From the NCBI GenBank assembly GCA_051362555.1, contig CM120648.1, forward strand, positions 11,032,587 through 11,096,586: DNA of 64,000 nucleotides. Direction: 5' to 3'. Numbering within the stretch: position 1 is the first letter of the stretch; every line of letters begins with the position of its first letter. Made by a program: the position numbers and the translations under genes. The notes beneath the pieces were generated by a model. That model saw nothing but the letters and a program-made list of their open reading frames with translations, was not told the DNA's origin and did not search any database. Shown one piece after another: positions 36,695-50,400 of this stretch. The DNA is from Lingula anatina. Taxonomy: Eukaryota > Animalia > Brachiopoda.

Positions 36695-39600
36695 AAGAAA
36701 ACGAACAAAGTTAATCTGTTCTTTCCATTTTTATTTATATACCTGTAAGTCCCTACATTTTTATTTATATACCTGTAAGTCCCTACAGCTGATTCGGCCC
36801 GGAGGCCTCGTCAGCACGACCCACTGTGCGCAACGAAAACATCGTTATGGGTTTTATTGAACTGTAAAGTCCTTATGCACCTGAGCGCCTTTTTATATGC
36901 TTTACACTATTATATCCAATTTTAATTTTAATCCAATTAAAAAATTTCAGGTTACAAGTACAGTTACAAAGGTATTTCAGACCACGTAGGCACATGTACA
37001 TGCCCCATCCGAGGACTGTTCATTTACCGGTATTGGTTTGTTCGCGGTTATTCTTATATTGCCATGTTGTTCATTTTTCTTGTTAGAATGTTTAATTTAA
37101 TAACCAACTTAAATATTATAACCATTAATTGAAATTAAGATTTGTTCAGTTTAAATTAGTCTTCTAAGTTAAACTTTAAAAAGGTTAAAACTTTCACTTG
37201 CAAATTGTTTAGAAAAGATTAAACTACTGTCCGAACTAACATATTCACTGCATGAAACGTTCAGTATTATGTTATCAACGTGTGCTTGCTGGGAAACGTT
37301 ATGTTGTTTTAAATGGGTCCGCTTTTCATTTAAAGTAATTGATGAGCCTTAAATAGCATAATTTTCATAAGAATTTTCGATGTATGAATTATTTGTTTCT
37401 AGGATTTTACAGATTATTGCTTGCTGGAAGTTGGATAAAATATAAGACGTTTATAAGGGCAAATAACTTTCTGTAAAAATTATTTAGCCTTTGTATTTTA
37501 ATACCTTGAAAACGTAAACAAAACTAAATTTAACCTTCTTTAAAATAATGCAATTCTTCTTCATGTACGCATATACATTGTAAATTGAATATGTGACGGT
37601 TTCTACAGCTCCCCCCTCCCCGCCCATGTAAAATACTTCTTATCTGTGCCCTGCATCCTTTTATTCTCTTCAGACAGACAGAACAAGGATTAAAGTTGCC
37701 AAACCAAAAACAAAAAGAAAATGATCTTTGGCAAACAGATAACATTCAGCAGTATGAATAAAAGGAAAAACTTTAGCATTTTTTCTTCTGGGCTTTTCCT
37801 GTTTTATCGAAAAATTGATTGGTACTACGATAAATTGATTTAAATATTTTCACTTAATGTTATCGTTCAATTAACGTGATATTTAGAGTAAGTACATTGT
37901 ATTTCATGGGGTCTACTGGGATCGACGAAAATTGCTAAGGCGCGAGTGATGGATGTGAGTTATTGTACACGAAAGGATAATACATGTACAGGCAAGCACA
38001 CTTGTATAAGAAGGTCGTTATGGAGAATGTGCACAGCGAAAACCTTCAGTGTCCTGAGCGTTGCAGCGGCTCGCCTCTGCCTTGTTGGACCATCTTGCAA
38101 CACCTCACAGCTATCATACACATTCTTGAAATCTTCCTTTGTTTCCAAACTTATACGTACCAGCATTCTTCAAGAAAAGAAGTTGGAAACAATAATATCT
38201 GCAGTGCATTAAAATTCGGAAGGAAGAGAGAAGACACGATAGGTTTTTTTTCCTGTAAATATTTTATATTAAGAGTCCGCTTGTTATCTCATTTTCTCTC
38301 CCACTTTTTTCTTCATCATTGCAATCCATTTCAATGACATGTGTTATGGTAATATCTATTAAATCAGAATTAAGCAAAAATGAGTATAACATCGCATAGT
38401 TCTGTAAAGGGATCACAGTATTAGTAATATATTTTCTTACGACTGGACTGAAACCGGCTTAGGTTAAAATCCTCTGTAATAAACAAACTGATAATGGCCA
38501 TAAGAAAGGCATATAAACCAGGGCTATTAAAGTGTCATTGGATTTAAGCAGGTTAAGGTGATAGCAATTTAGTGAGGCTCTCCAGGGAGATAGATCGATC
38601 CAAACATCTGTGGGAATGGTCCCTAGGGATACTATTTATCCCTGCTAGATCCCAACGGCTTTAGTTTTAATCCCCTACAATTAACCCACCGATAATAGCC
38701 ATTAGACAGGATTATAATCCAAAGTTATTAAAGTGTATTTGGTTTTATCCCTGTGACATGTACAACATTTCACCCGGAATGGTATACTTATTTAACCAGG
38801 GACTTGCTGAATCATAAACTTTGAGTACTGTACGAATTGCAGATTATACAGTTGTTCGATGTGGTTTGCGGCAGCTGTCCTGAGTTGAAAAGAATCTGTT
38901 CATCGTTGTAGTATTTCTACGCCTTCTTGCTATCTACTTTATGACATCCATGGTCAGCTTAATGATCAATTTACTAAGAATTCAGTTTATATATGGTATC
39001 ACCCAGCTTACGTGGGGTGCATGGTTCCCAAAATCAACCAATATCATATGGCAGGATACTCCGATAGTGCTCTCAAATATCTTATTTAAATTATTCTTTT
39101 TTTTTATGAAAATTGTCCATGTCACCCTGTTAGTTTAGAGGACTAAGCTGGATCAAGTCCGTGTCAAAATTCTTTTTTGCAGGAAAAATCAAATTGTCCT
39201 GTCCTTGTTCTCTTGCTCTTTATTATCAAGTGCCCCCCGATCTACTGACGCAACGAACAGTGAGATTTTTATCTGAGATAAAAATCACCAGCACGACACT
39301 CAAGACAAAGGCTACCTGAGAGCTGAAGGGCACCTTACCCTCCAAATAAGAGATAAATGAAGTTCCAGCTTGACAGATGAATAAGACAGGACTTCTAAAG
39401 GTAACTTGAATTGTTTACCTCAGTCACGTGAAAGCAAACAAGGCTGGGTGTCAGAACAATAGTGACTATACAATTTATACAGATGACTTGCACATGCATA
39501 CAGGTGACCTTAACTTACAATTGAATGTGGTTTTCGATATTATTCTGTAGAAAATAAATTAAGTTCACAGAGAATAATATCATCGTTGGCCAAAAAGAAA

Positions 39601-40348
39601 AATGAACGCACAGTGCATCCGTGTGTATGCCTGGTTACACCCCTGCAAACTTTAAATCTCAAGCAGCACATGTGGCTTGTCAGTCAGCAGAGAGTAATTC
39701 AATCCCCCTCAATTGTACTGTATGTCCACAGCCAAGGCCCACCACTGGGGGGCTTTTCACTGTTGATTGGTCTTTTTTTTTCAAACGTTTGAAATCAATG
39801 AGTTGATAGGCCGATTTTTCAGGCACCCACATAGTAGGCAATCAATACTGGATTTGAATAAAACTGGGAAAGCTGAAAAAAGTCAACAGCAGTGTCCCTT
39901 TAGGCAATTAGATAAGACTACATCCAAATTAAAAAAAAAACTTTAAAAATTGACAATGGCCTTTCTCCATGATAACATTTCAGGAACCTCTTCACAGCAC
40001 AAAAATCTTACAAAAACAAACGAGCAAACGAGCATATCCATATGCTCAAGTAACAAAGATTGCAAAACTATATAAATAGGGCCAATATCGTTATCACGAA
40101 AATCGGATGTCGTAATGTAAGTCCCACCCCACCCCCATATTACCATAAAATAGATGCTATAAATCAGGCTTTATAAATGGATGAGGCGTTGGCAAAGTCA
40201 AACATCAGATTCGTGAGCACAAATGCCCAAATTAAAGACTCGAGCCACGAAATAAAGCAGCCGAACTTCGGAAAGCAAAATTAGCAGTGAAAAGCACAGC
40301 GTTACGACACGCGTACCGCTCTAACCCTGTATTCGTATCTTCTCATTT

Positions 40349-40425
<77 letters not shown>

Positions 40426-40900
40426 TGGTATAAGTTATTAATTTTGTAATTCGCGCTCCCAAATCTACTGCTCGTGGTAGCATACAACAATAATCATTTA
40501 AGAGGCCTGTAAATTATTGAATAAGTGACGATTCATTTAATACCCTGTGGGGAAATAAGCATAAGCACAATATCAGAAACATTTCTCACTTATAAATTAA
40601 TGCTGGGACGAGTATCCAGTAGAATGTAAGGTGGGGTTTTGAGCAGTGATGTTTACTGGATGATAATGAGAAATAAAAAAAATATATTGACCCATCCTTA
40701 AGTACACATACGCATATGATATCCTAATATATCATAATGTTATCAATGTTACACTAAAATAGCGGAGGAATTTCAGTTTTCATTTCGTCTGCCAAAGCAC
40801 GAATGTTTGAGCACCTGGGAATTTAAATCTAATTAAAAATGGACCGAGGTGATATCAACTGAACTTACTTCAATGATAAGAGAACACCAGGCTGGTCTGA
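35863..40900. repeat. ~5 kb segmental repeat unit (blocks A-B-C-D-A')
   Basis: A: 35863-36423 matches 40470-40890 and 55155-55710. B: 36975-38035 matches 57453-58383. C: 38540-39700 matches 59920-61026. D: 39648-40470 matches 54254-55155. Confidence 0.85.
36775..36824 (-). ncRNA. Degenerate minimal type I hammerhead-like motif (Penelope-type)
   Basis: Minus strand reads GUGGGUCGUG-CUGACGA-GGCC-UCCG-GGCC-GAAU-CAGCU-GUA-GGGACUUAC. The core has GAAA changed to GAAU, and stem I is imperfect. Confidence 0.5.
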
Positions 40901-41434
40901 TATATATTTTGGAATTTGGGAATTCGCGCTCCCAAACATTTTAGCTGATAACGAGATATAACCAACATAGCACTGGGCAGGAGAAGTTGATTGATATTTT
41001 TGGTCGACGTCGTACTAGAGCACTCACATACAGATGTTATTGATCTTCACAATAATGAATGTGGCAATAAAATATATGAATTATTTATGTAAAAAAAGAA
41101 CTAAACGTGATCCTTATCTTGTCGGCAAATAACAACATAAAATGATAATCTACAGTGCGTTAAATATTTTATGACTCAGTTTATTGGCATTAGTTTGAAG
41201 TAAGCTGTGACCGTTTGAAATTTTGATATGAGGACACATCTCTGCACGTCGCTGACGTTTTTTCCGCTTTCCTTTTAGAATGCAACCACACCCATGTCGA
41301 GTTCTCTATATAAAGGCACTGCAATTGGCATGTTCTTGGGCATGGTTCAGTAGGGAAGACAAAACACACGCACGTGCACACTCATGGATTATAGTTTTCG
41401 TTGAGGATAAATAGAAAAGCATTCATTCCACACG

Positions 41435-44400
41435 ATGATTGGACACACATCGTTAGCTAGAGGAGGTCAAGCAATGGGCAGATGGACACTAAACGGACAC
41501 TTTTACTTCCACATCCTCCTAGCATTTGCTATACTCGGCTACCAACCAGTATCTTGCATTAAATTTGTTGTACCACAAGAAGGGTCTACCTATCCAAATG
41601 AGGTAATTGTAACTGAAAAGATCAAGGTACCAGATTATAAGTGGGCTAATATTCGATTCACTAAATTTGACCTAGAACTTTCAGGAGGATGCGACAAAGA
41701 TTACGTAGTAATTATTTCTCGTCAAGGCTTCAGATTTTACGATGATAAAGATATGCATACGTTATGGGGAGCAGTGTGTGGCTCATACACATTTTCCGAA
41801 CCCAGTATCCTAAATGTTCAACTGTGCTTTAACTATTCAGTTGAGGTTATATTTAGTACTGACCTAGATGTCCGTGCCACAGGATTGAAGGCTGATATAG
41901 ATGTGATGGAGGATTGTGAAGATCGCAAATTGCCGTGCACACATGTTGAATATTCACGTTCAGGTTGGATCAGAATTAATCGCGGTAATTTGACGGCAGG
42001 CTGTAAGTTTTATTTGACCGCTCCTGCTGATCACATCTTGCAAATAACACTTGATAACAATCGTTATATTCCATGTGGGACGTTTACTTTTTATGACGTG
42101 ACAGAATACAATGAGGTAAAATTCCATACCCATTTCATGAATAGTTCTAAGCAATTTTCACCACTTCGTGGAAATTATGACCAAATGAGCATCGAATGGT
42201 CACCGTGTGACGGTCCACTGCAATTCGACGTGCGTGCTGAGTACAAAGCCATTCCCCGTCAAATGGTGGAACCGTTTTCATGCCACCCAGGATACAGCCT
42301 TTTTGAGGGGAACTGTTATCGGTTTAAGCAATATTACATAAAAACGTGGTCCGAAGCTGAGACCGAGTGTGAGAGAGATTCAGGACATCTAGTTAGCATA
42401 CAAACTCGGCGTGAAGCTCGCTTTGTGGGTAGAAGTCTGCATAGCGTAGAGAGTATGCACCTAAATACTAATTGTAATTGGCTCCAGCGAAAGACCGCAA
42501 TCTACATAGGACTTAAATCTACAGACCAGGCAAGTTTTTTTTTGAATTTTAATTTTTGAACACCAGTAACTTCACTGCAAATCTGCTAGTAGTTTATTCA
42601 ATTGAAATAGGTCACCAGCCCATAGCAAATACTTCTCATCTTCAATTGTATGCATATTTTCCTCTAAGCAATATTTACACAACCTACCTATTTTTTTTTT
42701 TTTTTTTTTTTGTTAATTTTCATGTCTACAAGTTTCTATTGCAAGTTTATGATCTGAAGCTCTGCATCGTGAAAGTGCTACTCTGTATTTCCTAATATTA
42801 ACATCAAATAAGTATTTTTAGGTTCTAAAAAAACTTTCAGACAATGAATAGTTTTCACAAAGCTTTGGACTATGTTGTATGTCTCTATCCAGTTTTGTCT
42901 AGCACAGCCCGTCGGCCCTAGTGAAAATTGGTTTACAAAGGCATTTATATCACCCACATCCCGTGCTATCCACGCATAGCCAAAACCATACATATTAACT
43001 ATTTGTTTCACTTAAGTTGCCCAGTTTGTTCTTCCATGTTCATCTGGTGTACGCAACATATTATAACATGCTCTGGGATACCTCTTTGGTTCCATCCTAA
43101 TCAATTTCAACCAATACTTAATACATCGTATAGTGTATATTGGATACCACGGTAATCTACCATTTTCTTCAAGGACCACGACATTTGATATCCTTGAACT
43201 CAGCCCCGGTAATTTTTTACAGACTTTATATTGGACTATTTCAATTTGTTCACATTTCACATAGCCCCAAATAAGAGCTCCATAGCACAAGGTTGGTACA
43301 ACATCATGACCAAACAAATATTGCGACTGAGTTAAAGGCAAGTCAAAATTTCTGATAAAGTATATCAGGATATTCTAGAATATGCTAGGTTAGGGTACTC
43401 TTAGCTTTACTCCAGAACAGAAAAGTTGAAAACATCAGCCCCAGGTACACAATAGCTACCTCCATATTATTAAGGAACAATCTTTCATGTTTATTTAAAT
43501 ATCCATCTCGTCTGAATACAATGATTTTTGTTCTATCTATGTTGATAACCATGCCATATTTTTGCAGAAGTTTTCTGGTTTTGCTTTAAGCTTTTGCAGG
43601 TTACCGACCGTGTCACTTATCTCTACTGCATCGTCTGCAAAGAGCAAATGCTAGATGTTAGGTGCATCTTCATTTACGAAAATGCCCTTACAGCTTTTAT
43701 CATTTCTTTTAAGAATATGTATATGTTAAAACATATATACAAATTCATTTAGAAATAGAGTAAACATAAATGGACTTAACATGCAACCTTGTTTGGTGCC
43801 TGTGGTACAATCAAAGTAATCAGTGTACCATTGTTCATCTGTATACTTGACTTCAATTGTTTATACATAGATTTATGATTTTGACTATCTTAGTATTAAC
43901 CTTGTTTTTAAGACATGTATTAATAGTGTATGGTCAACGTAATCAAAGGCTTTAGAGAAGTCGATGAAAAATACAATAACATCCTCCCCTCTGTTTAGTG
44001 ATATATTTCTGTATTAGGGATTCAATGTGAAGCACTTATGTATTGTACTATAGCCTTACATAAACCCAATCTTTTTACAAAACTTGCTTCTGTCCGTTTA
44101 ACTAACCTTTCGTTTAGGATTTTTGTAAGTATTTTGCCAGTGATGTTAAATACCTCTTCAATTATTTGGACCATTTTGTCACCTTTTTTATAGATTGGGC
44201 ATATACACGGTAATGGCCTCTCCACGATATGCCAGGAAGACCCCAGTTTGCATAACTTGGTTTTATAATGAAAATAAGCAAGGGACTAGGGTGGCACTAT
44301 TTTTAAAAATCTCGACCACTAAGCCATCAGGACCTCCTGATATTTTATTTTTCATTTTCCTCATTGCAGCAATTATTTCTTCATTTTTTCATCTTCTTAA

Positions 44401-47400
44401 TTGCCAATTTCTTCATTTTCAGCTATTTCCAAAATATTAATGAGCTGTTAGCTTCATTTTTGCACACGGGATCAATTAGGGTGTTTAGCTATTTCTAATA
44501 AAGTCCGAAAATATTGAAGCCAAGTGTCTGCTCATATGCTGTTTGCTATGTGTGAAAGAAATAGTGGACAGAGTGGACGTTGTTGATTGTATGGATCCTC
44601 GTGAAGGTTTTTACTGGGGTAGGACAAATGCAGTCAAGCGTTTTTTTTTTCAAGCAGATCAGAGACAAAAACACGTCACATTGATGTGTGTAGTCTCTAC
44701 CCCTACGTAAATAAGTAAAAACCGTATCCACTCCGTCATCCCACCAAAACTTTGGTGCATGGAGTGAATACGATGGTTTGGTAAAATGTACCGTTCTTCC
44801 TCCCCGGCGTATTTATCATCTTTATCATCCTACAGACCACAAGGGAAAGTAACGTACCCTCTTTGTCGCAAATGCGCTGATACACTGCAGCATACACAAT
44901 GTCCGCATATAGTGACGATTCACGTTGTTTGACAGGCACGTGAGTTACTGCTGAAATAAAGAAAGCCGTTTCGAAAGATTAAAAATTCCATGACATTTGG
45001 CACAATGATCGTGTGAGTGAGTACAAACCGATTACAAATACAAATACAAATACGATTACAATTAATGTCTATTCTCTGGCTATATCAATACCTTACTCAG
45101 GCCCGTAGCCAGGGGGGGTTCGGGGGGTTCGAAAGAACCCCCCTTTTTGCTGGGAAAAGGTCCCCTCTAGGTAAAATTTTATCTAGGTACAAGAAGGTTT
45201 CATGGTAAAAGGTCCACTTTTTCAGATTCACGTTGTTTGACAGGCACGTGAGTTACTGCTGAAATAAAGAAAGCCGTTTCGAAAGATTAAAAATTCCATG
45301 ACATTTGGCACAATGATCGTGTGAGTGAGTACAAACCGATTACAAATACAAATACAAATACGATTACAATTAATGTCTATTCTCTGGCTATATCAATACC
45401 TTACTCAGGCCCGTAGCCAGGGGGGTTCGGGGGGTTCGAAAGAACCCCCCTTTTTGCTGGGAAAAGGTCCCCTCTAGGTAAAATTTTATCTAGGTACAAG
45501 AAGGTTTCATGGTAAAAGGTCCACTTTTTCAGAAAAAGAACCCCCCTTTTGAAATTGCTAGCTACGGGCCTGTTACTCAAGCTCAAAAAAAAAAAAAAGG
45601 CCAACGTCTACCCCCCAGATTGCACGACACCACAGCTGAAAAGGCACTACATTGGTTCCTACTTTACCAAAGAGGTCATCCGACTAGACCAAGACCAAAT
45701 TAAGAAGAAGCCAGGTCTTAGAGCTTTATCAAAACTGATACTAAACAGTTTTTGGGATACGTATAAACAGGTAGCATTATTTTACTATATGTACTTATTC
45801 TGCGCTTCACGCAAATATATTAACATTTGTATTTATCATTCAACGCAAATGATAGTCATAATATCGTGCTTATAACGTAGGAATTCGGTGTGTTACCGTG
45901 TTTTTCTCAGTGTATAATTCGCACCAGCAAATTAAAACATCAGTGATTCGTGCATTTTCACTGTTTTCACTAATATGGTAATGTTATTTCTTTGACTATT
46001 TTAGGCAAATTCGGCCATAGAACAAATATGACACGGTCCGAATACGTCACCGAGGTGGACCAGTACTTTGCGCTCCTGCTGAACAAATCCCTGGATGTCA
46101 CCAACGTAATGTTCTTGAACGACGACAAGGTAGAAATGCACTACAAAAAACAGTCAGAGTTAGTAGAGTGCGCTGAGAAAACCAATTTTGTCATCGCCAC
46201 ATACACCACTGCCCACGCCAGCATGGTTCTCTACGACCATTGAGGTACTGGAGCGGAAAGTCCTCCTTCACCACCGATTCCATCATATTCCTCGATGATG
46301 GCAGTGCACAAACTAGTGCGTGCCTGGACAGCATCATGGACAGCTACTTCGGCGACTTCACCGATGAACTATATGAGGGGGGCCACAACACCACGTTTGT
46401 TTCGGGCGGCTCAAAGAACTATACGTACATACGTTACGGCAAAGAGAAAGACAATACGTAAAGTGACAGGTTTATCATTGAATTATGAAATCTCTCAGAT
46501 GGTTATTTATGACACTTTGTATAACATGGTGCGAAAGAGGTGTCAGTTACACACAACAAAATTGCCAGAATCACTTTAGCTAAAGACATCATCTCTAGAA
46601 GAGAAGATACAGTTTATCGTGTTGTGTCATTCAGAAAGACTCATTTGATGCGTTACCATACTGTTATTGACTTTTTGAATACTGATCATCATTATTATCT
46701 AACAGTTAAATTTGTGTTTAATAGATGCATACTTTTTTATATAAATTGTCCTGTAATTTTTAACGTATATATAATGCCTACTGAATCACTATAATCATTT
46801 TGGGCTGCCACGTTGTACTTTTGTGTATAATAAAACATGTTTTGTTTACAATACATTTGTCTGTGCCACTTTTTTCAGTGCTCTAATATCACGTCCATTC
46901 CTGTCCAGTGACGTCATACCGTTGTCATGACTCCTTCTTGACATCTTTTTTATTCAAACTTTATAGCATAAAAGTTTGAATTTTACCTGTTTGGGCATGC
47001 TTTTCCACTACGTCATATCGTTTTCATGGTAAAACGTAAACAAAAATATAGTCTTCTTTGTTTACCCATTTTTTCACCCAACAAAAGACTTGTTTTTTGT
47101 AAACATCCTCCATTGAGTTTTTCTTTGTCAAAATGATGTAATATAACAAAAGAAAAAAAAACCTACATATACTCTCAACTGTATCCCCAATGTTACTTCT
47201 GGAGATTGATGCTTTCTTCCACATTGGACAGATTTAATCATTAACGTACATATATAATGTGTGTTTGAGTGAGTGCGGTCCCTCCATGTGATGGTTGCAT
47301 GACATCGCTCCTCTTTACACTTCCCAATAAATCATATCCAATTCATCTTACAGTACTTCAACTGGACAGATGGGGGAGCTTTTGTATACAATGAATGGTA

Positions 47401-50400
47401 CGGCCCAAAAATTTATGGATTCAATTCATATAAGATTCCTTCCACACTGACAACAATTGTCACGGAAGATGTTCTACAGCCGGTCCGAGGCGACGAGCGC
47501 GACTGTGTCATTATGATGACCTTTCTACAATTTCCCACTCAAGGGAAAACACGCTGGGGGAACTGGGCCAAAGTCCCATGTCATCAACCAATCTGCTGTA
47601 TGGCTGCAATCTGTAAAAAACCTGCAGTTCCGGCATCAAATAAGAATTCAACTACAGCCGCTTCCAAATCATTGCTGGTAAATTCCACAGCATCCCAGTG
47701 GTATACGCACCATGAAACCTACTGTCCAGAGGGTTGGGTGTATATAGCAGGACGTTGCGTGCTTCTACACACCCTTGCCAAGATTGTAGCCGAACTAAGA
47801 GTTGGACACGAAACTACGTATGTGTCCCTTTACTCCCCACTATATTGGTCCTTACCGCCAGGCACCAACCTCACCAATAGCGCAGCTGTGGAGGCATGTA
47901 GGTCCCTGGGTGGAGATTTAGCCCCCTTTAACAGCACTTTACACAAGGACCGAGATATTCTTCAATACATCAGTATTTGGGGCAAAGAACTCACTTGGAT
48001 ATCTCCAACAAGTTTGGAAATACATACATCACGACCACTCTCAAATATCTTAGCTGTGTGGGTGAAGTCCCCAAAGAACATATGCAGAAGACTTAAGTAT
48101 GCTAACCATCTGTTCATAGATGACATGGAAGGACTATGCCAAGACGTTGACCGCCGTGAGTCGCTCTTGGCTCTTTGTGAGATTGCTTCGAAAAGCAACA
48201 TTTTAAACTGTTCACAGCACCAATTTAGATGTCAAGATGGCAGTTGTATCTCTACTGTTAATGTGTGTGATGGGACCTGGGAGTGCGCTGAAGGAGAAGA
48301 TGAGAAGAATTGTACATGTGGACAACACACTTTCACTTGTTCCGATGGCTCATGTATCCCAATTAGTAAAGTATGTAATCATATCAACGACTGTCCAAAT
48401 ACAACAGATGAGAATTTTTGTGTCTATCCGCCGTGTAAAGCAGGGCAGTACAGATGCCAGAATGGGGAATGTATCGACGAGAAAGACAAGTGCAACTTCT
48501 TTAAAGACTGTTCAGATGGATCTGACGAAATTCCCCAAATTTTGTGCCCATGTAAGAAGTGTTACTCTGGCAGATGCGTAGCTCCTCAAAACATGGACGA
48601 TCGCCACCCAGATTGCTTTGGGGTGTCACAAGAGGATGAGTCACTTTCAATGATTCCAGTAATTAAGCGCAGGTCCTTAAATTGCCGATATAGTGTTTGG
48701 GCATTATCTTTCTCTCTGCCTTATTGTTCGAACACTAATGAAATGAGATGCGCACCCGAACATGTCCGGTGTATTGATCGACAACTGGCATGCGTTCACG
48801 ACAAAATCAAGCACGAACGATTCCAAACATGCAGTGGGTTTGAACATTTAGAAAACTGCGCCAGCTTTCAGTGTCCACACATGTACAAGTGTCCTGGCTC
48901 GTATTGTGTCCCACTTCGACAGGTGTGTGACGGGGAGAAAGACTGTCCACGAGGAGAGGACGAAGCTGGTTGTGCTAATTACACATGTCCCAGTGGTTTC
49001 AGGTGTAAAGGAGAACGACAGTGTCTGCACCAGAGCGAGGTATGCAACGGTGTGGTCAACTGCAAATTTTCTGATGACGACGAAAGGTTCTGTGACATAA
49101 AGACATGCCCCATGAACTGTGTCTGTAGTGGGTATTATGTAGACTGCATGGGAGGAAATGCATCCAAGGTACCGAATATATCACCATTCACCAGAGTCCT
49201 TGCTTTTGGGGACAACAAACTTCATTTAACAAACGAAACGTTTGCAAGGTATCAATTCCTTGTGAAACTGAATGTCAGCTCAAACGAAATCAGAACTATT
49301 CCTATTATGACATTCATCCATTTAAATAACCTGTTAGAGTTGGACCTACGGGGTAACAAATTGCCCTCTTTGCAAGCAAATTCCTTCAATGGTTTGTTTA
49401 ATTTGAAAACCTTGTTGCTAAGTGGAAACCCATTAACTAAAATATCCCCAGGCACATTTGATGGTGTTTCAAACCTAAGTGCTTTAGACCTTAGTATGCT
49501 TCATATCAAGACCATTCATGCACATACATTTAAAGGCTTAGACTCGTTAAAAAATCTGAATATAAGTTTCAACAAAATGTCCACGATAAAGGATGGTGCT
49601 TTTCATGGTTTGTCCAAATTTGATACGGTTGACATGTCTGAGAATGAGGGAATCTTTGTCGAAACTGAAGTTTTCGTAAATTTTTCAGCTAAAACATTAA
49701 TAACAGACAGGTTTGGAATCTGTTGTCTCGCTGTAGGGAAAGTAAACGAATGTTTACCTAAACCTGACGAATTTTCCTCATGCTCTGATCTGCTGTACGA
49801 TAAGTTCTTACAAGTTTCTGTCTGGATTATGGGAATTCTTAGTTTGGTTGGGAACCTTTTTGTTTTTGTGAACAGAATATGTGAAAACAAAATGACCACT
49901 CAAATCTTTTTCATAGTTAACCTCTCAGTTTCTGATTTTCTTATGGGTGTATATTTGATCATAATCGCCACGGTTGACACTCTCTACCGTGGGGAGTATT
50001 TTGTTCATGCCGAGGTCTGGACAGATAGTGTGTTATGCAAGACTGCGGGGTTTCTTACCATGCTTTCAACATTGATGTCCATGCTGATATTAATTTTGAT
50101 TACAACAGACAGAATAATAGCCATTGTGTTCTGTATGTCGTTTCGAAAAATTGGAATGAAAAGAGCGTCTGTTTTAGTGACAGTTGGGTGGGTATTTTGC
50201 TTTATCGCAAGTATTATTCCTTGTGTCGAAAATGGATATTTTGAAAAATTTTATGGTCATAATTCTGTATGTTTACCCTTTACTATAAGCAGAGTATACT
50301 TTGGTGGTCGTGAGTACGCGTACGCCATGTTTTTATTTACCACTCTTTTTGCTTTTGTCTACGTGGCAGGGGGATATATATGGCTAATAAAAAGCGTCTT

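Larger units (their letters stand above)
44546..46660 (+). mobile_element. Polinton/Maverick (or adintovirus)-type protein-primed DNA polymerase B relic
   Basis: DPREGFYWGRTNAVK, DVCSLYP (motif A), LSKLILNSFWG/KFG (motif B), IATYTTAHA, TDSIIF (motif C), GDFTDEL and GGSKNY. Many frameshifts. Confidence 0.85.

Noticed and set aside
40165-40350. TATA followed by CTAACCCT, a possible telomerase RNA template
   Set aside because: The paralog at ~55060 reads CTAACGCT, the match is short, and no pseudoknot or H/ACA domain is evident.
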